64,000 nucleotides of DNA from Veillonellaceae bacterium (GCA_900765165.1 CAAFQR010000110.1:6776-70775), one strand, 5' to 3'; shown: positions 45,869 through 58,477, counted from the first letter of the stretch. A program made the numbers and translations. The notes: a model not told the origin generated them from the letters alone.

Positions 45869-46420
45869 TTAGCGCTTCGGTAGCAGCGTACGCAACTGTC
45901 GTAGCCACGTAATATAATTGGTTTCCCGTAAGATGGCATAGGCTAAGATGCAGCGATGACCAAAGCGGTCCTTCGGATCCAGTGTGCCGGTGCCAAAGAC
46001 CAAGGCCTGACGAGCCTGCAAATAGGACAGCTTATTTTCGTGACGGGATAATTCTTCGTCTAGCATTGCCGGCAACTCTGGTGCCGAAGCTTCGTTAAGC
46101 AAATACAGCTTCATAGGAAACTCATCTCGCGACGGTGCCGGTACAGGTAAAGGCTCTTTAAGCCACATGCTTAAGGCGTCACGGCCCTCATCGGTTAAGC
46201 TATAATACTTCTTCTCTAATTTTTCTCCCACTACATCGAGTCGCGATGTGATAAGGCCATCGGCCTCCATTTTGATTAACTCCGGATAAATTTGGCTGTG
46301 ATTGGCATACCAGAAGTCATTAATCTCTGTTTCAAAGAGCTTTTTAATATCATAGCCGGATAGCTCCTGCTGTGATAAAAGACCTAAGATAACAAATCTT
46401 AGGTTATTTTTCTTTGCCAT
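45869..46420 (-). CDS. padR: PadR-family transcriptional regulator
   Basis: N-terminal winged-helix PadR signature (FVILGLLSQQELSGYDIKK...SQIYPELIKMEADGLI); 183 aa. Divergent from padC. Confidence 0.85.
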   Translation of the reverse strand: MAKKNNLRFVILGLLSQQELSGYDIKKLFETEINDFWYANHSQIYPELIKMEADGLITSRLDVVGEKLEKKYYSLTDEGRDALSMWLKEPLPVPAPSRDEFPMKLYLLNEASAPELPAMLDEELSRHENKLSYLQARQALVFGTGTLDPKDRFGHRCILAYAILRETNYITWLRQLRTLLPKR

Positions 46421-46478
46421 AGTCCCACTCCTCCTGTTGACAACATCATACTATAAGTATATCATAGTAACAGAATTA

Positions 46479-46502
46479 TAACATGTAAATATTTACATGT
46501 TA
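46479..46502. promoter_or_regulatory. PadR operator: perfect palindrome TAACATGTAAATATTTACATGTTA (ATGT-N8-ACAT core)
   Basis: 20-bp perfect palindrome at 46481-46500, centred in the padR/padC divergent promoter. Confidence 0.7.
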
Positions 46503-46633
46503 TAATTAAAGAAATGGTAATTTTAATACAAATTTTAGCAGTAAGTGGCACTTTAATTCAAGCGATTGCCGTCATAACATCGCAGACTGTAAGCGTAAAG
46601 TGCTACTAAAAATGAAGAGAAGGAGACAGCTTT

Positions 46634-47164
46634 ATGGAATACAAAGAACTGGAAGACTTTTTAGGTACTCATTTTATCTACACCTATGACAATGGCTGGG
46701 AATACGAATGGTATGCTAAGAACGATCACACCGTAGATTACCGTATTCATGGTGGCATGGTAGCCGGCCGTTGGGTAACGGATCAGGAAGCGGTTATCGA
46801 AAAAGTATCCGATGGTGTTTATAAAGTAGCATGGACGGAACCGACGGGCACTGACGTAGCCCTTGATTTCATGCCGAACGACAAATTGATGCACGGCGTT
46901 ATTTTCTTCCCAAAGTGGGTAGAAGAACATCCGGAAATCACCGTTTGCTACCAGAACGAACACATTGACTTGATGCATGAATCGCGTTTGAAATACGCTA
47001 CGTATCCGAAGCTGGTGGTGTCTGAATTCGCGAAGATTACCTATATGGGCAAAGCAGGTCAGGACAATAACGACGTTATTTCCGAAGCGCCTTATGAAGG
47101 TATGACTGACGACATTCGTGCTGGCAAATACTATACGGCAGATTACAAACGCAAAAACAAGTAA
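46634..47164 (+). CDS. padC: Phenolic acid decarboxylase
   Basis: 176 aa, collinear with B. subtilis PadC as I recall it ([17 protein letters not shown]...[14 protein letters not shown]...[10 protein letters not shown]...ITVCYQN...EAPYEGMTD). Confidence 0.9.
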   Translation: MEYKELEDFLGTHFIYTYDNGWEYEWYAKNDHTVDYRIHGGMVAGRWVTDQEAVIEKVSDGVYKVAWTEPTGTDVALDFMPNDKLMHGVIFFPKWVEEHPEITVCYQNEHIDLMHESRLKYATYPKLVVSEFAKITYMGKAGQDNNDVISEAPYEGMTDDIRAGKYYTADYKRKNK

Positions 47165-47169
47165 GAATA

Positions 47170-47218
47170 GAAAAGGCTTGTCCGCACAGTTTCCCGCTAT
47201 GCAGACAAGCCTTTTGCT
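47170..47218. terminator. Bidirectional terminator between padC and pyrE
   Basis: AAAAGGCTTGTC-(loop)-CAGACAAGCCTTTT. Confidence 0.75.
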
Positions 47219-47243
47219 ATATATAGGTTTTTACACTTGGTTA

Positions 47244-47831
47244 CTATTTAATGTGTTTGCTGCCACGTTCGGTCATAGGAACGCCGTCTTTGCAAAGCGG
47301 GCATTCTTCCGGTTTGAAGGTCGGAACTGTTAAGTGGAGCAATGCCTGTACCTGGTCGTTCGGAACGCCGAAGTCTGCCGTGCCGCCGCTGCGGTCTACG
47401 AGCAAGCCAACGCCAACGATGTGGCCGCCGGAAGCGTTAACAACGTCAACAACTTCACGAACGGAACCGCCGGTAGTTACGATGTCTTCAACGATGAGAA
47501 CACGAGTACCCGGTTCGATGCGGAAGCCGCGGCGGAGGGTCATTTTACCTTTTTCACGTTCCGTGAAGATAGCGCGAGTGCCTAAGGATTTACCTACTTC
47601 GTGAGCTAACAAAATGCCGCCCGTCATAGGTCCGATAACTAATTCAACATTCTGGTCACGGAAGCGTTCAGCCAATTCCTGGCACAGCTTTTCCGTGTAT
47701 TTCGGATGCTGCAATACATTGAATTTTTCTACATACATCGGGCTGTGAAGACCGGAGGTCAAGAGGAAATGACCTTCCAAAATAGCCTTAGTATCGATTA
47801 ATAACTGTTTTACTTCCTGTTCGCTTAACAT
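47244..47831 (-). CDS. pyrE: Orotate phosphoribosyltransferase, with a C-terminal Cys-containing extension (…CPLCKDG…)
   Basis: PRPP-binding motif VLIVEDIVTTGGS; 195 aa. Confidence 0.85.
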   Translation of the reverse strand: MLSEQEVKQLLIDTKAILEGHFLLTSGLHSPMYVEKFNVLQHPKYTEKLCQELAERFRDQNVELVIGPMTGGILLAHEVGKSLGTRAIFTEREKGKMTLRRGFRIEPGTRVLIVEDIVTTGGSVREVVDVVNASGGHIVGVGLLVDRSGGTADFGVPNDQVQALLHLTVPTFKPEECPLCKDGVPMTERGSKHIK

Positions 47832-47832
47832 G

Positions 47833-48546
47833 TTAAATAGCCTCCATTTCTTCGATAATCATGCGTGCGGCTTCAGCCGGTTCGTCAGCTTGGGTGATAG
47901 GGCGACCGATGACGAGCATGGACGCGCCATCCTTTAAAGCGCTGGCCGGTGTGGCAATGCGCTTCTGGTCATTGGCCTGAGCAAAGGACGGGCGAATACC
48001 CGGCGTTACGATTAAGAAATCGTCGCCACAGGCTTCGCGGATAAGCTTAGCTTCCAGCGGGGATGCGACAACGCCATCCATGCCGGCTTCTTTTGCAAGC
48101 TTAGCGAGACGAATTACTTGATCGGCGATAGGTAACTGACCGCCAATAGCCTGCCAGTTTTCGTCGTCGAAGCTGGTTAACACGGTTACCGCCAGAAGCT
48201 TTGGACGCTTAACGCCAAGGCGTGCTGCCGTTTCGTGCGCTGCCTGTACAGCCGCTTCCATCATAACCTTGCCACCTTGGCCGTGGAGTGTAATCAAGTT
48301 AACGCCTAAGCGGGTCAACGAGCTAACCCCGTGAGCTACGGTGTTGGGAATATCGTGTAATTTCAAATCCAGAAATACGTTCTTGTTCTGTTCCTTCAGA
48401 TACATTACGGTCTGTTCGCCAGCGGCGTAGAACAGCTCCATGCCTACTTTGTAGAAATTAACGGAATCCCCTAAACGCGCCACAGTCGCCTTTAAAGCGT
48501 CCATGGAAGCGACGTCTAAGGCTACAATCAGTCGTTCGTCTGCCAT
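47833..48546 (-). CDS. pyrF: Orotidine-5'-phosphate decarboxylase
   Basis: LIVALDV...DLKLHDIPNTV motifs; 237 aa. Ends 1 nt before pyrE. Confidence 0.9.
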   Translation of the reverse strand: MADERLIVALDVASMDALKATVARLGDSVNFYKVGMELFYAAGEQTVMYLKEQNKNVFLDLKLHDIPNTVAHGVSSLTRLGVNLITLHGQGGKVMMEAAVQAAHETAARLGVKRPKLLAVTVLTSFDDENWQAIGGQLPIADQVIRLAKLAKEAGMDGVVASPLEAKLIREACGDDFLIVTPGIRPSFAQANDQKRIATPASALKDGASMLVIGRPITQADEPAEAARMIIEEMEAI

Positions 48547-48742
48547 AGTATGCCCTCCTCTAAATATACAATCAAATAATTTTTACATAAAAGCGCCAGT
48601 AAGTCAATACGAAATTTCGTAAACGCAAGAAAGAAAAATGGGGTATAATGGTGTATAGATAATGACTATCATCCTACGTAGTGATGGTAGAATTCCATAG
48701 AACCGGACGCAGATGGCGTCAATTACACAAAGGAGTGACACT

Positions 48743-49363
48743 ATGCTCGATTTCGTAGCTTTTGACTTTGAAACAGCCAATAAATATCCGAACAGCGCTT
48801 GTTCGCTAGCCGTAGTAACCGTTCAGAATGGTGAAATTATTAAGCGCGGCTACAGCCTCATCAAACCGCCGTTCATGCAGTTCGACCCGGAATGCATCGA
48901 CATTCACGGCATCCAGCCTGCGGAAGTAAAGGACAAGCCTACCTTCGATAAGCTGTGGCTCGCCATTTACAACAATCATTTGAAGGGCAAGCTGTTAGTA
49001 GCACACAACGCGCGCTTTGATGTGGGCGTGTTGCGGGCTACCCTCGATTATTATGGTCTCGAATGGCCTGAATTAGACTTTACGTGTACCGTAAAAATTT
49101 CGCGCCGCGTATGGCCTGATTTGCAGAACCACAAGCTCAATACCTTAGGTGCTTTCTTAGGCCTTGAGTTCAAGCATCACTACGCCTTAGACGACGCTGA
49201 AATCTGCGCCAAAGTAGCCGTAGCGGCTGCGAAGGAACGGGGCGTAGACTCTATGAACGCCTTGCTGGCATCCATTAAGCTGGACAAGGAACAATTCTTA
49301 ACCGATGAAAAACGAGCGGAACAAAAAGCGGCGCAAGCGGGCGAACAGACGTCGTTCTTCTAA
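48743..49363 (+). CDS. DEDDh-family 3'-5' exonuclease domain protein (DnaQ-like)
   Basis: Exo I motif FDFETAN; Exo II/III regions (AHNARFD, YHxxxDD as HHYALDDAE). Start after AAAGGAG. Confidence 0.75.
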   Translation: MLDFVAFDFETANKYPNSACSLAVVTVQNGEIIKRGYSLIKPPFMQFDPECIDIHGIQPAEVKDKPTFDKLWLAIYNNHLKGKLLVAHNARFDVGVLRATLDYYGLEWPELDFTCTVKISRRVWPDLQNHKLNTLGAFLGLEFKHHYALDDAEICAKVAVAAAKERGVDSMNALLASIKLDKEQFLTDEKRAEQKAAQAGEQTSFF

Positions 49364-49471
49364 GTAAGCGGATTTATTTCACAAGCAAGCGCAGCCTACG
49401 TTGTAGAAGGCGTGCCAGGCATATAGCAAGCAGTATGGGCTTGTAACTAGGTGTAAATAGGAGGTACTCAC

Positions 49472-51852
<2,381 letters not shown>

Positions 51853-51905
51853 GCGAAAAAGAGGGCGCATACAGCGCAACGACTCTTGTAACTACATAAG
51901 CAAAA

Positions 51906-51950
51906 AGGCGCTGGAATCAGTTTTCACTGATTCCAGCGCCTTTCTTATTT
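51906..51950 (+). terminator. Intrinsic terminator after the pdp-cdd gene
   Basis: AGGCGCTGGAATCAG-TTTTCAC-TGATTCCAGCGCCT followed by TTCTTATTT. Confidence 0.8.
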
Positions 51951-51975
51951 CACCAGTTAACTTAAGTTCTCAGGC

Positions 51976-52812
51976 TTAGAATGCCGGAACGATAGCACCC
52001 TGGTATTTGTCTTCGATGAATTTCTTGATTTCAGGAGAATTCAAAGCAGCTGCCAATTCTTTGATTTCAGGACGGTTTTCATCGCCGGCACGAACGGTCA
52101 ATACGTTAGCGTACGGGGAGTTCTTGTCTTCGATTACCAAAGCGTCTTTCAACGGATTGAGTTTAGCTTCCAATGCATAGTTGGTGTTGATAACAGCCAA
52201 GGCTACGTCATCAAGGCTACGCGGCAACTGAGCAGCGTCCAATTCTACGAACTGTAAGTGTTTCGGGTTAGACGTAATGTCTGCCGGCGTGGAGCTCAAG
52301 TTCTTCGGATCCTTCAACGTGATGAGGCCAGCTTTCTGCAATAATAACAATGCGCGACCTTCGTTAGTCGGGTCGTTCGGTACGGCTACTTTAGCGCCAT
52401 CCGGAACGGCGTTCTTCAAATCTTTGTCTTTAATGGTCTTGGAGTAAACGCCCATCGGTTCAACGTGAACTTTAGCAACAGCTACGAGGTTTTCGTTGTG
52501 TTCCTTAGCGAATTTTTCCATGTACGGAACGTGCTGGAAGAAGTTAGCATCCAATTCTTTGTCGTTCAACGCGATGTTCGGTTTTACGTAATCGGTGAAT
52601 TCAACGATTTTAAGATTGATGCCTTTCTTAGCCAAAATCGGTTTTACCTGTTCTAAGATTTCAGCATGCGGGGTCGGGCTAGCGCCAACCGTTAAGGTTA
52701 CTTCTTTTTTGTCACTGCCACCAGCATTGGCGGTTTTGTCGCTGCCGCAACCGGCGAACACGAGTGCGCTGCCTAACACGAGGCTAGCTGCTAATGCAAA
52801 TAATTTCTTCAT
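51976..52812 (-). CDS. metQ: MetQ/NlpA-family lipoprotein (methionine ABC substrate-binding), orphan
   Basis: Lipobox VFAGCGS. Start MKKLFALAA after AGGAGG. No metN/metI adjacent. Confidence 0.8.
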   Translation of the reverse strand: MKKLFALAASLVLGSALVFAGCGSDKTANAGGSDKKEVTLTVGASPTPHAEILEQVKPILAKKGINLKIVEFTDYVKPNIALNDKELDANFFQHVPYMEKFAKEHNENLVAVAKVHVEPMGVYSKTIKDKDLKNAVPDGAKVAVPNDPTNEGRALLLLQKAGLITLKDPKNLSSTPADITSNPKHLQFVELDAAQLPRSLDDVALAVINTNYALEAKLNPLKDALVIEDKNSPYANVLTVRAGDENRPEIKELAAALNSPEIKKFIEDKYQGAIVPAF

Positions 52813-52894
52813 GTACAAGTCCTCCTCTTTCTCTACAATGAGTACACTATTTCCAAGAAACTGCCGAGAGGTGAACAGCCTCATCGCTCCCCCG

Positions 52895-53045
52895 AATATA
52901 AAAAAGCGACGACTGCGGTTTTCCGAGTCGTCGTATAAGTCACGTGTTATCTCTCGGTAAGTACCGCAGGATTTAGCACCATCGTATGGTTGCCGGATTT
53001 CATTGGGCCAGTCCCTCCATCACTCTCGATAAGTTCTTTATGGAA
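52895..53045 (-). promoter_or_regulatory. SAM-I (S-box) riboswitch with intrinsic terminator, controlling metQ
   Basis: Minus-strand sequence AAGAACTTATCGAGAGTGATGGAGGGACTGGCCCAATGAAATCCGGCAACC...GGTGCTAAATCCTGCGG matches S-box conserved blocks. Terminator GACGACTCGG-AAAA-CCGCAGTCGTCGCTTTTTT on the minus strand at 52898-52935. Confidence 0.75.
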
Positions 53046-53094
53046 TTTCTTCGATAAGTATATCAATAAAACCTACTGTTTGTAAAGGGCTTTT

Positions 53095-54012
53095 TTACAA
53101 AATTTTGTCACCCCAGTAGGACCAAAGTAGTCCAACGGTGAACAAAGCGTGATATAACGTGGTGCTTAGGGCAGAAAACTTCATGGCTTTGTCCATGGTG
53201 ACGGTATTTTCCTGACTTTGCAAAATACGCACGCCCTTCATGGCCGTGATGAAGGAAATGGATGAAATAAGAACCACCAGGGGCACTTTATTGGTGAATG
53301 CGAAGAACGCCGTCCACGCAATGGTAAAGGCGAAGAGACCGCCTAAGAGCTTGGTGCCTCCTTCGTGACCCATGAGGATGACCAAGGTGCGGCGACCGTG
53401 GGCCTTATCGTTGGCAAAGTCACGCAAATTGTTGGTCATCATAATAGCGCCAATTAAAATGGTGGACGGAATGGCGGGGATGAGCAAGTCCCACGTCAAC
53501 TGACCGGTCCAGGTGTAAGCGGTGATGAGCACGATGGCAAAGCCCATAGCGATGCCGGAGGCCAACTCGCCAAAGGGCGTGCGGCTTAAGGGCTTCGGAC
53601 CACCGGAATAGCACACCATAATGGCCATGCAGATGAGCCCGGCCGGGATGAACCACCATGTAATCATAGCAGACAAGGCCACGCCGATAATCAGTGGGAT
53701 GATGGTGAACACATAGCCTAAGCGCTTAATGCCGGCCGGCGATAAGCCTTCGCGCACAATGGAGCCGCTGTTGCCGATGACCTGATTGAGATCGAGGCCG
53801 GATTTGAAATCAAAATACTCGTTCCAAATGTTGGCGGCCATTTGGGCCGTTAACACGCAGATAAAGACGAGTAACGTATAAAATAAACTTTGAGACGCAC
53901 TATGCACGTGAGGGTGCATAACACCGCCGTACGCCGCGCCGAGGATAACCGGACTAAAAGATGCAGTTAAGGTGCGCGGACGAATTAGGCGATAAAACTG
54001 AGCAATTGTCAT
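53095..54012 (-). CDS. menA: UbiA-family prenyltransferase; probable 1,4-dihydroxy-2-naphthoate polyprenyltransferase
   Basis: Start MTIAQFYRLIRPRTL. Polytopic UbiA/MenA architecture with a D-rich motif (NEYFDFKSGLD). Overlaps the upstream gene's stop by 4 nt. Confidence 0.75.
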   Translation of the reverse strand: MTIAQFYRLIRPRTLTASFSPVILGAAYGGVMHPHVHSASQSLFYTLLVFICVLTAQMAANIWNEYFDFKSGLDLNQVIGNSGSIVREGLSPAGIKRLGYVFTIIPLIIGVALSAMITWWFIPAGLICMAIMVCYSGGPKPLSRTPFGELASGIAMGFAIVLITAYTWTGQLTWDLLIPAIPSTILIGAIMMTNNLRDFANDKAHGRRTLVILMGHEGGTKLLGGLFAFTIAWTAFFAFTNKVPLVVLISSISFITAMKGVRILQSQENTVTMDKAMKFSALSTTLYHALFTVGLLWSYWGDKIL

Positions 54013-54917
54013 ACGATATGAACATCCTTTCTTGCCTTGCGGAAAGGCCCAACGTAGAGTGATTCGGATACGGGCAGCTGTGCGGCGAATACGCCGACGC
54101 ACATAGCAAATACGCCGATAAGCTCTTGAAGACTCATGCGTTCGCCTAAGACTAGATAGCCTAAAATGCCGGCAAACACCATTTCAAGACTCATGAGGAG
54201 CGATGCTTCTGTTGGCGGTACTTTCTTCTGTCCAAGGAGCTGTCCTGTGTAGCCAAGACCTACGGACAAAACGCCGCCCCATACGATGGAGGGCCACGTC
54301 ATTTCAATCATGGACCATTCGAAGGGCTCGAAGAGAATCCCTGCGATGGCCGAGTAAAAGGCGCAACCTAAGAACTGGCCAATGGCGAGCTTAAAGGCCG
54401 GATAGCACTTGGTGTATTTATTTAACAGAAGAATCTGGGCGGCCCAGAAGAGCGTGGAGATGATGACCACCAAGTCACCCCAGCCGAAGGTGAAATTATC
54501 CTTCAGCGACAACAGCGCCGTGCCGATGAGCGCCACTACAACGCCGAATATGGCAGTCATGCTAATGCGCTGGCCTAAGAAAAGTCCGATTAAGGGCACT
54601 AACACGATGTATAATGCAGTTAAAAAGCCTGCCTTTGATGCGGTAGTATAGATAAGACCAATCTGCTGTAAGGCAGCGCCGCAGAATAAAACAAAGCCGA
54701 GTATTAACGACCCGACTAGCAATGAATACGGTGCTTTTTCTTTTGGTACGCTGTCTTTGAAGAAGAACAGCAACGGCGACACCGTTAAGGCTCCTAATAC
54801 AAAACGTATAGCGTTAAATGTATTGGGACCGATTAGGTCCGCCGATATGCGTTGCGCGATAAACGCAGAACCCCAAATTAAAGCGGTAAACACCAAACAC
54901 AACCTAGCTTGTAGCAT
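54009..54917 (-). CDS. EamA/DMT-family transporter
   Basis: 10-TM protein with two EamA-like repeats. Start MLQARLCLVF. Confidence 0.75.
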   Translation of the reverse strand: MLQARLCLVFTALIWGSAFIAQRISADLIGPNTFNAIRFVLGALTVSPLLFFFKDSVPKEKAPYSLLVGSLILGFVLFCGAALQQIGLIYTTASKAGFLTALYIVLVPLIGLFLGQRISMTAIFGVVVALIGTALLSLKDNFTFGWGDLVVIISTLFWAAQILLLNKYTKCYPAFKLAIGQFLGCAFYSAIAGILFEPFEWSMIEMTWPSIVWGGVLSVGLGYTGQLLGQKKVPPTEASLLMSLEMVFAGILGYLVLGERMSLQELIGVFAMCVGVFAAQLPVSESLYVGPFRKARKDVHIV

Positions 54918-55070
54918 GCGCGCCCCCTTTCCGGGACGGATCCCGTTAACATACATTAAAAACGTGAAAAATGTGGTATAATTAACAAAATGGCATAATT
55001 CCTAGCTATATATTCATTGATACATTCATTGTAGCCGAAAAAATATGTCTTGTAAAATGATATTGAGAGG

Positions 55071-56576
55071 GTGTTACAGTTGATTTCAAAAGCTTTATTA
55101 ACGGACCTATACCAGTTAACGATGATGCAAGGGTTATTTAAAAAGAATATGCACCGCACGCCATGCGTGTTTGACCGCTTCTATCGCAAGAATCCTTTTG
55201 ACGGCGCGTATACGGTGGTGGCCGGCTTAGAGCATGTAATCGACTATTTGGAACACTTAGCGTTTAACGAAGACGATATTGCGTACTTGCGCAGTACCGG
55301 TATTTTTGAAGAAGATTTTCTGGAGTACTTGAAGGATTTTCGTTTCACCGGCTCGGTTGTGGCAGCGCCGGAAGGGACTGTTGTATTCCCCGGTGAAGTG
55401 TTGCTCCGTGTGAAGGCTCCGAAGGATGAAGCGATGCTCATCGAAACGCCGCTATCCATGTACTTGAACCATGAATCCTTGATTGCAACAAAGGCGCGCC
55501 GTATTCGCAGCGTAGCCGGTCATGATTCGTTGGCCGAATTCGGTATGCGCCGTGCGCAGGGTACCAACGCGGCCGTCTATGGCGCTCGGGCTACGATTAT
55601 TGGTGGCTTTAACGGTACCAGTAATGTGTACAGTGCCGCTCAATATGGCATCAAGCCGGTAGGTACCATGGCCCATAGCTGGATCATGAGCTTTAGCGAC
55701 GAGTTGACTGCCTTTAGAGCCTATGCGGAACAATACGAAAACATGCTGGTACTCTTGGTAGATACGTATGACACGCTGCGTAAAGGCGTGCCCGCTGCGA
55801 TTCAGGTGTTCAAGGAAGTGCGTGAACGCCGAGGCGGCACCATGCCGAAAGGCTACGGCGTTCGGTTAGACAGTGGCGACTTGTCCTACTTGTCGCAGGA
55901 AGTTCGCAAGATGATGGACGATGCCGGCTTCAACGACGCCATTATCTTTGCGTCCAACGACCTTGACGAATACACCATTGTGGATTTGAAGCATCAGGGC
56001 TGCGCCATTTCGTCGTGGGGCGTTGGTACTAAGCTCATCACCGCCGATGGCACGCCGGCCTTAGGTGGCGTGTACAAGCTGGCCGGTCAGTGGGCCGACG
56101 ATGGCACCTTTACGCCGACCATTAAATTCTCGGACAATATTGAAAAATTGACCAATCCTGGTTTCAAAAAAGTATTGCGCCTTATCAATCGCCGCAACCA
56201 CAAATTAATCGGTGACCTTATTTGCCTGGACGACGAAACCGTTGATACGACGAAGCCTTATGATTTCGTGAACCCGCAGTATCCGTGGAAATGCACCCAT
56301 TTGGAAGCGGATTCCTTCGATGTGGTGCCGTTGTTGCAACCAATCTTCGAAGATGGTAAATTAGTATACAACAAGCCGTCGCTCAATGAAATCGTAGACT
56401 ACGCAGAAGATCAAATGCGCTTGCTGTGGCCGGAATATTTCCGCTTGCAGCGCCCGCCGGTAGTGAAGGTTAACATTAGTAAGGCATTGTTTGAATTGAA
56501 GTCCAGCTTGCTTCTCAAAAAAGTAGGCGACTCCCAGCAAGGTAAAAAGCGATTAACCGAAGTTTTATACGAATAA
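55071..56576 (+). CDS. pncB: Nicotinate phosphoribosyltransferase
   Basis: ALLTDLYQLTMMQG..., conserved throughout. Start is non-ATG: GTG at 55071 or TTG at 55080 (the latter has the better RBS spacing). Confidence 0.85.
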   Translation: MLQLISKALLTDLYQLTMMQGLFKKNMHRTPCVFDRFYRKNPFDGAYTVVAGLEHVIDYLEHLAFNEDDIAYLRSTGIFEEDFLEYLKDFRFTGSVVAAPEGTVVFPGEVLLRVKAPKDEAMLIETPLSMYLNHESLIATKARRIRSVAGHDSLAEFGMRRAQGTNAAVYGARATIIGGFNGTSNVYSAAQYGIKPVGTMAHSWIMSFSDELTAFRAYAEQYENMLVLLVDTYDTLRKGVPAAIQVFKEVRERRGGTMPKGYGVRLDSGDLSYLSQEVRKMMDDAGFNDAIIFASNDLDEYTIVDLKHQGCAISSWGVGTKLITADGTPALGGVYKLAGQWADDGTFTPTIKFSDNIEKLTNPGFKKVLRLINRRNHKLIGDLICLDDETVDTTKPYDFVNPQYPWKCTHLEADSFDVVPLLQPIFEDGKLVYNKPSLNEIVDYAEDQMRLLWPEYFRLQRPPVVKVNISKALFELKSSLLLKKVGDSQQGKKRLTEVLYE

Positions 56577-56637
56577 TAAGCGTTTGTGACGCTCAAATGC
56601 GGCGCCACGCATGCGTTTTCGCTAAGGAGGTACAATC

Positions 56638-57360
56638 ATGGCAATTCGTAAACAGTTAAAATATGTTCGTCGTGCCTTGGCCACGATGGCCTTAGGTGTA
56701 GGTTTATTGGGCGCATCCGTATGGGCCGCGCCGGTATCCGTTGTTGGCGGCACCGCGCAGTTGCCGGATAACGTAACCATTACGAAAGCATCGACCACCT
56801 CGATGGGCACGTCTGCTATTAATCAGTTGAAGACCAATGGCAGTGCCGAAGTGCAGCAGTTATTGCAAAAATACACGGTTGGCAAAAATGTAGACGTGTA
56901 CCAGTTGGCTACGACCACGCAGGCCGGTATTCAAACCGCTTGGCTCTATACGGTACAGCCGGAAGAACAGCTGGTGAACACCTACGGCAGCATGCTCAAT
57001 CCGACCTTGGTCGACATGGCGTTACCGGCCGTTAATCAGCAGTGGTTCAATGCACAGCCGGCTATCGACAAAGCTATCGATGCGTACACGACGGTGAACC
57101 CCGCCTTGGCACCGCTTCATTTGTCGGTAAAATTGCAGGACCAGGCACCGATTACTAAGGTAGTAGGCGCTCAGAACCCGAGCTATGTAGCGAACACCCG
57201 TGCCCAGTTCAACGTGGATGGCTTCGTTGTGCCGGAATACGTGTCCGTTGCGGTGGCTTTGACTCAGCCCCGTCCCACCATGTACGTTATGGTTACCGAT
57301 GACGCTTCGCGTCAAACCTTTGAACCGGTCTTTGCCGAATTCGTAAAGACCTTACACTAA
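56638..57360 (+). CDS. Hypothetical secreted protein
   Basis: Signal peptide MAIRKQLKYVRRALATMALGVGLLGASVWAAP. 240 aa, Gln/Thr/Val-rich; no domain recognised. RBS AGGAGG. Confidence 0.55.
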   Translation: MAIRKQLKYVRRALATMALGVGLLGASVWAAPVSVVGGTAQLPDNVTITKASTTSMGTSAINQLKTNGSAEVQQLLQKYTVGKNVDVYQLATTTQAGIQTAWLYTVQPEEQLVNTYGSMLNPTLVDMALPAVNQQWFNAQPAIDKAIDAYTTVNPALAPLHLSVKLQDQAPITKVVGAQNPSYVANTRAQFNVDGFVVPEYVSVAVALTQPRPTMYVMVTDDASRQTFEPVFAEFVKTLH

Positions 57361-57374
57361 TTTCCTTGTGAAAT

Positions 57375-57420
57375 AACACGCCCCCGCCGTCCGTTAGGAT
57401 GGTGGGGGCGCTTTGCGTTT
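57375..57420. terminator. Bidirectional GC-rich terminator
   Basis: CGCCCCCGCC-(loop)-GGTGGGGGCG followed by CTTTGCGTTTT. Confidence 0.7.
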
Positions 57421-57440
57421 TGATGCAATTCACGCTTTAG

Positions 57441-57977
57441 TTATGCTTTTGGCAGTTTATACTGTGCTGTATCGATGCCTTCGAGGTTGAGTAATTTTAC
57501 CTTCACATCGATACCGCCGGTGTAGCCGGTAAGATTGTTGTTCGCACCAATAACGCGGTGGCACGGCACGATGACCGGAATCGGATTGTGTCCTACGGCA
57601 CCGCCAATGGCGCGGGCGCCCAGGCTTTTATTGGTGTCATCTTTATAGATTTTCTTGGCTAAGTCGCCATAGGTTACCAGCTTGCCATAAGGAATATCCA
57701 ATAGTGCCTGCCATACGCGAACGCGGAAATCTGTGCCAATAAGGCGGATGAAAGGGAGCTTCCCCGGATTTTTACCTTGGCAATACCGCTGAAGCCACGT
57801 AATGGTGGACTTAAAAATAGGAAGATTCGTCTTTTCAATCACTTCTTCCGTTACGGGAACGTCATATTTTTGCGTCGGCAAGCTTAAGCCGATTAACGCC
57901 TTGCCATCACTGTATAAGGTCACTGCACCGAGCGGTTCAATCGTTGCGTGGCCAATGTATGTGGTCATAGGACACAC
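57441..57977 (-). CDS. ogt: Methylated-DNA--protein-cysteine methyltransferase
   Basis: Active-site PCHRVI motif; 178 aa. Confidence 0.85.
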   Translation of the reverse strand: MCPMTTYIGHATIEPLGAVTLYSDGKALIGLSLPTQKYDVPVTEEVIEKTNLPIFKSTITWLQRYCQGKNPGKLPFIRLIGTDFRVRVWQALLDIPYGKLVTYGDLAKKIYKDDTNKSLGARAIGGAVGHNPIPVIVPCHRVIGANNNLTGYTGGIDVKVKLLNLEGIDTAQYKLPKA

Positions 57978-58105
57978 CTCCTTCGTATATAACCATTATA
58001 CTAAATATACTATATTCTTTATAGCAGGAGTTGAACTCTTAAGCCAGATTCGTTACAATAAAGCTATAAATTCACCTTGTCGTATTAGAAAGGAGTTTTA
58101 TTAGT

Positions 58106-58477
58106 ATGAAAGCAGTTCACACGGAACACGCACCGAAAGCATTAGGACCTTACTCTCAGGCATATGTAGCCAATGGTTTTGTATTCATTTCCGGCCAGGG
58201 CGGTATTGATCCGGCAACGGGCAAATTGCAGGAAGGCGTTGAAGCACAGACCTTGCAGGCTATGAAAAATATCGAAGCTATCTTGAAAGAAGCTGGTACC
58301 GACTTCTCCAAAGTTGTTAAGACCACTTGCTTCTTGGCAGACATTAAAGACTTCGCAACCTTCAACGGCATCTATGCTGATTACTTCGTAAGCAAACCGG
58401 CTCGCAGCTGCGTAGCAGTAAAAGAATTGCCGGCTAACTTCTTGGTGGAAGTTGAAGTTATCGCTGTAGTTGACTAA
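58106..58477 (+). CDS. ridA: RidA-family reactive-intermediate (enamine/imine) deaminase
   Basis: 123 aa with the YjgF/RidA signature (APKALGPYSQA...FISGQGG...). Confidence 0.9.
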   Translation: MKAVHTEHAPKALGPYSQAYVANGFVFISGQGGIDPATGKLQEGVEAQTLQAMKNIEAILKEAGTDFSKVVKTTCFLADIKDFATFNGIYADYFVSKPARSCVAVKELPANFLVEVEVIAVVD

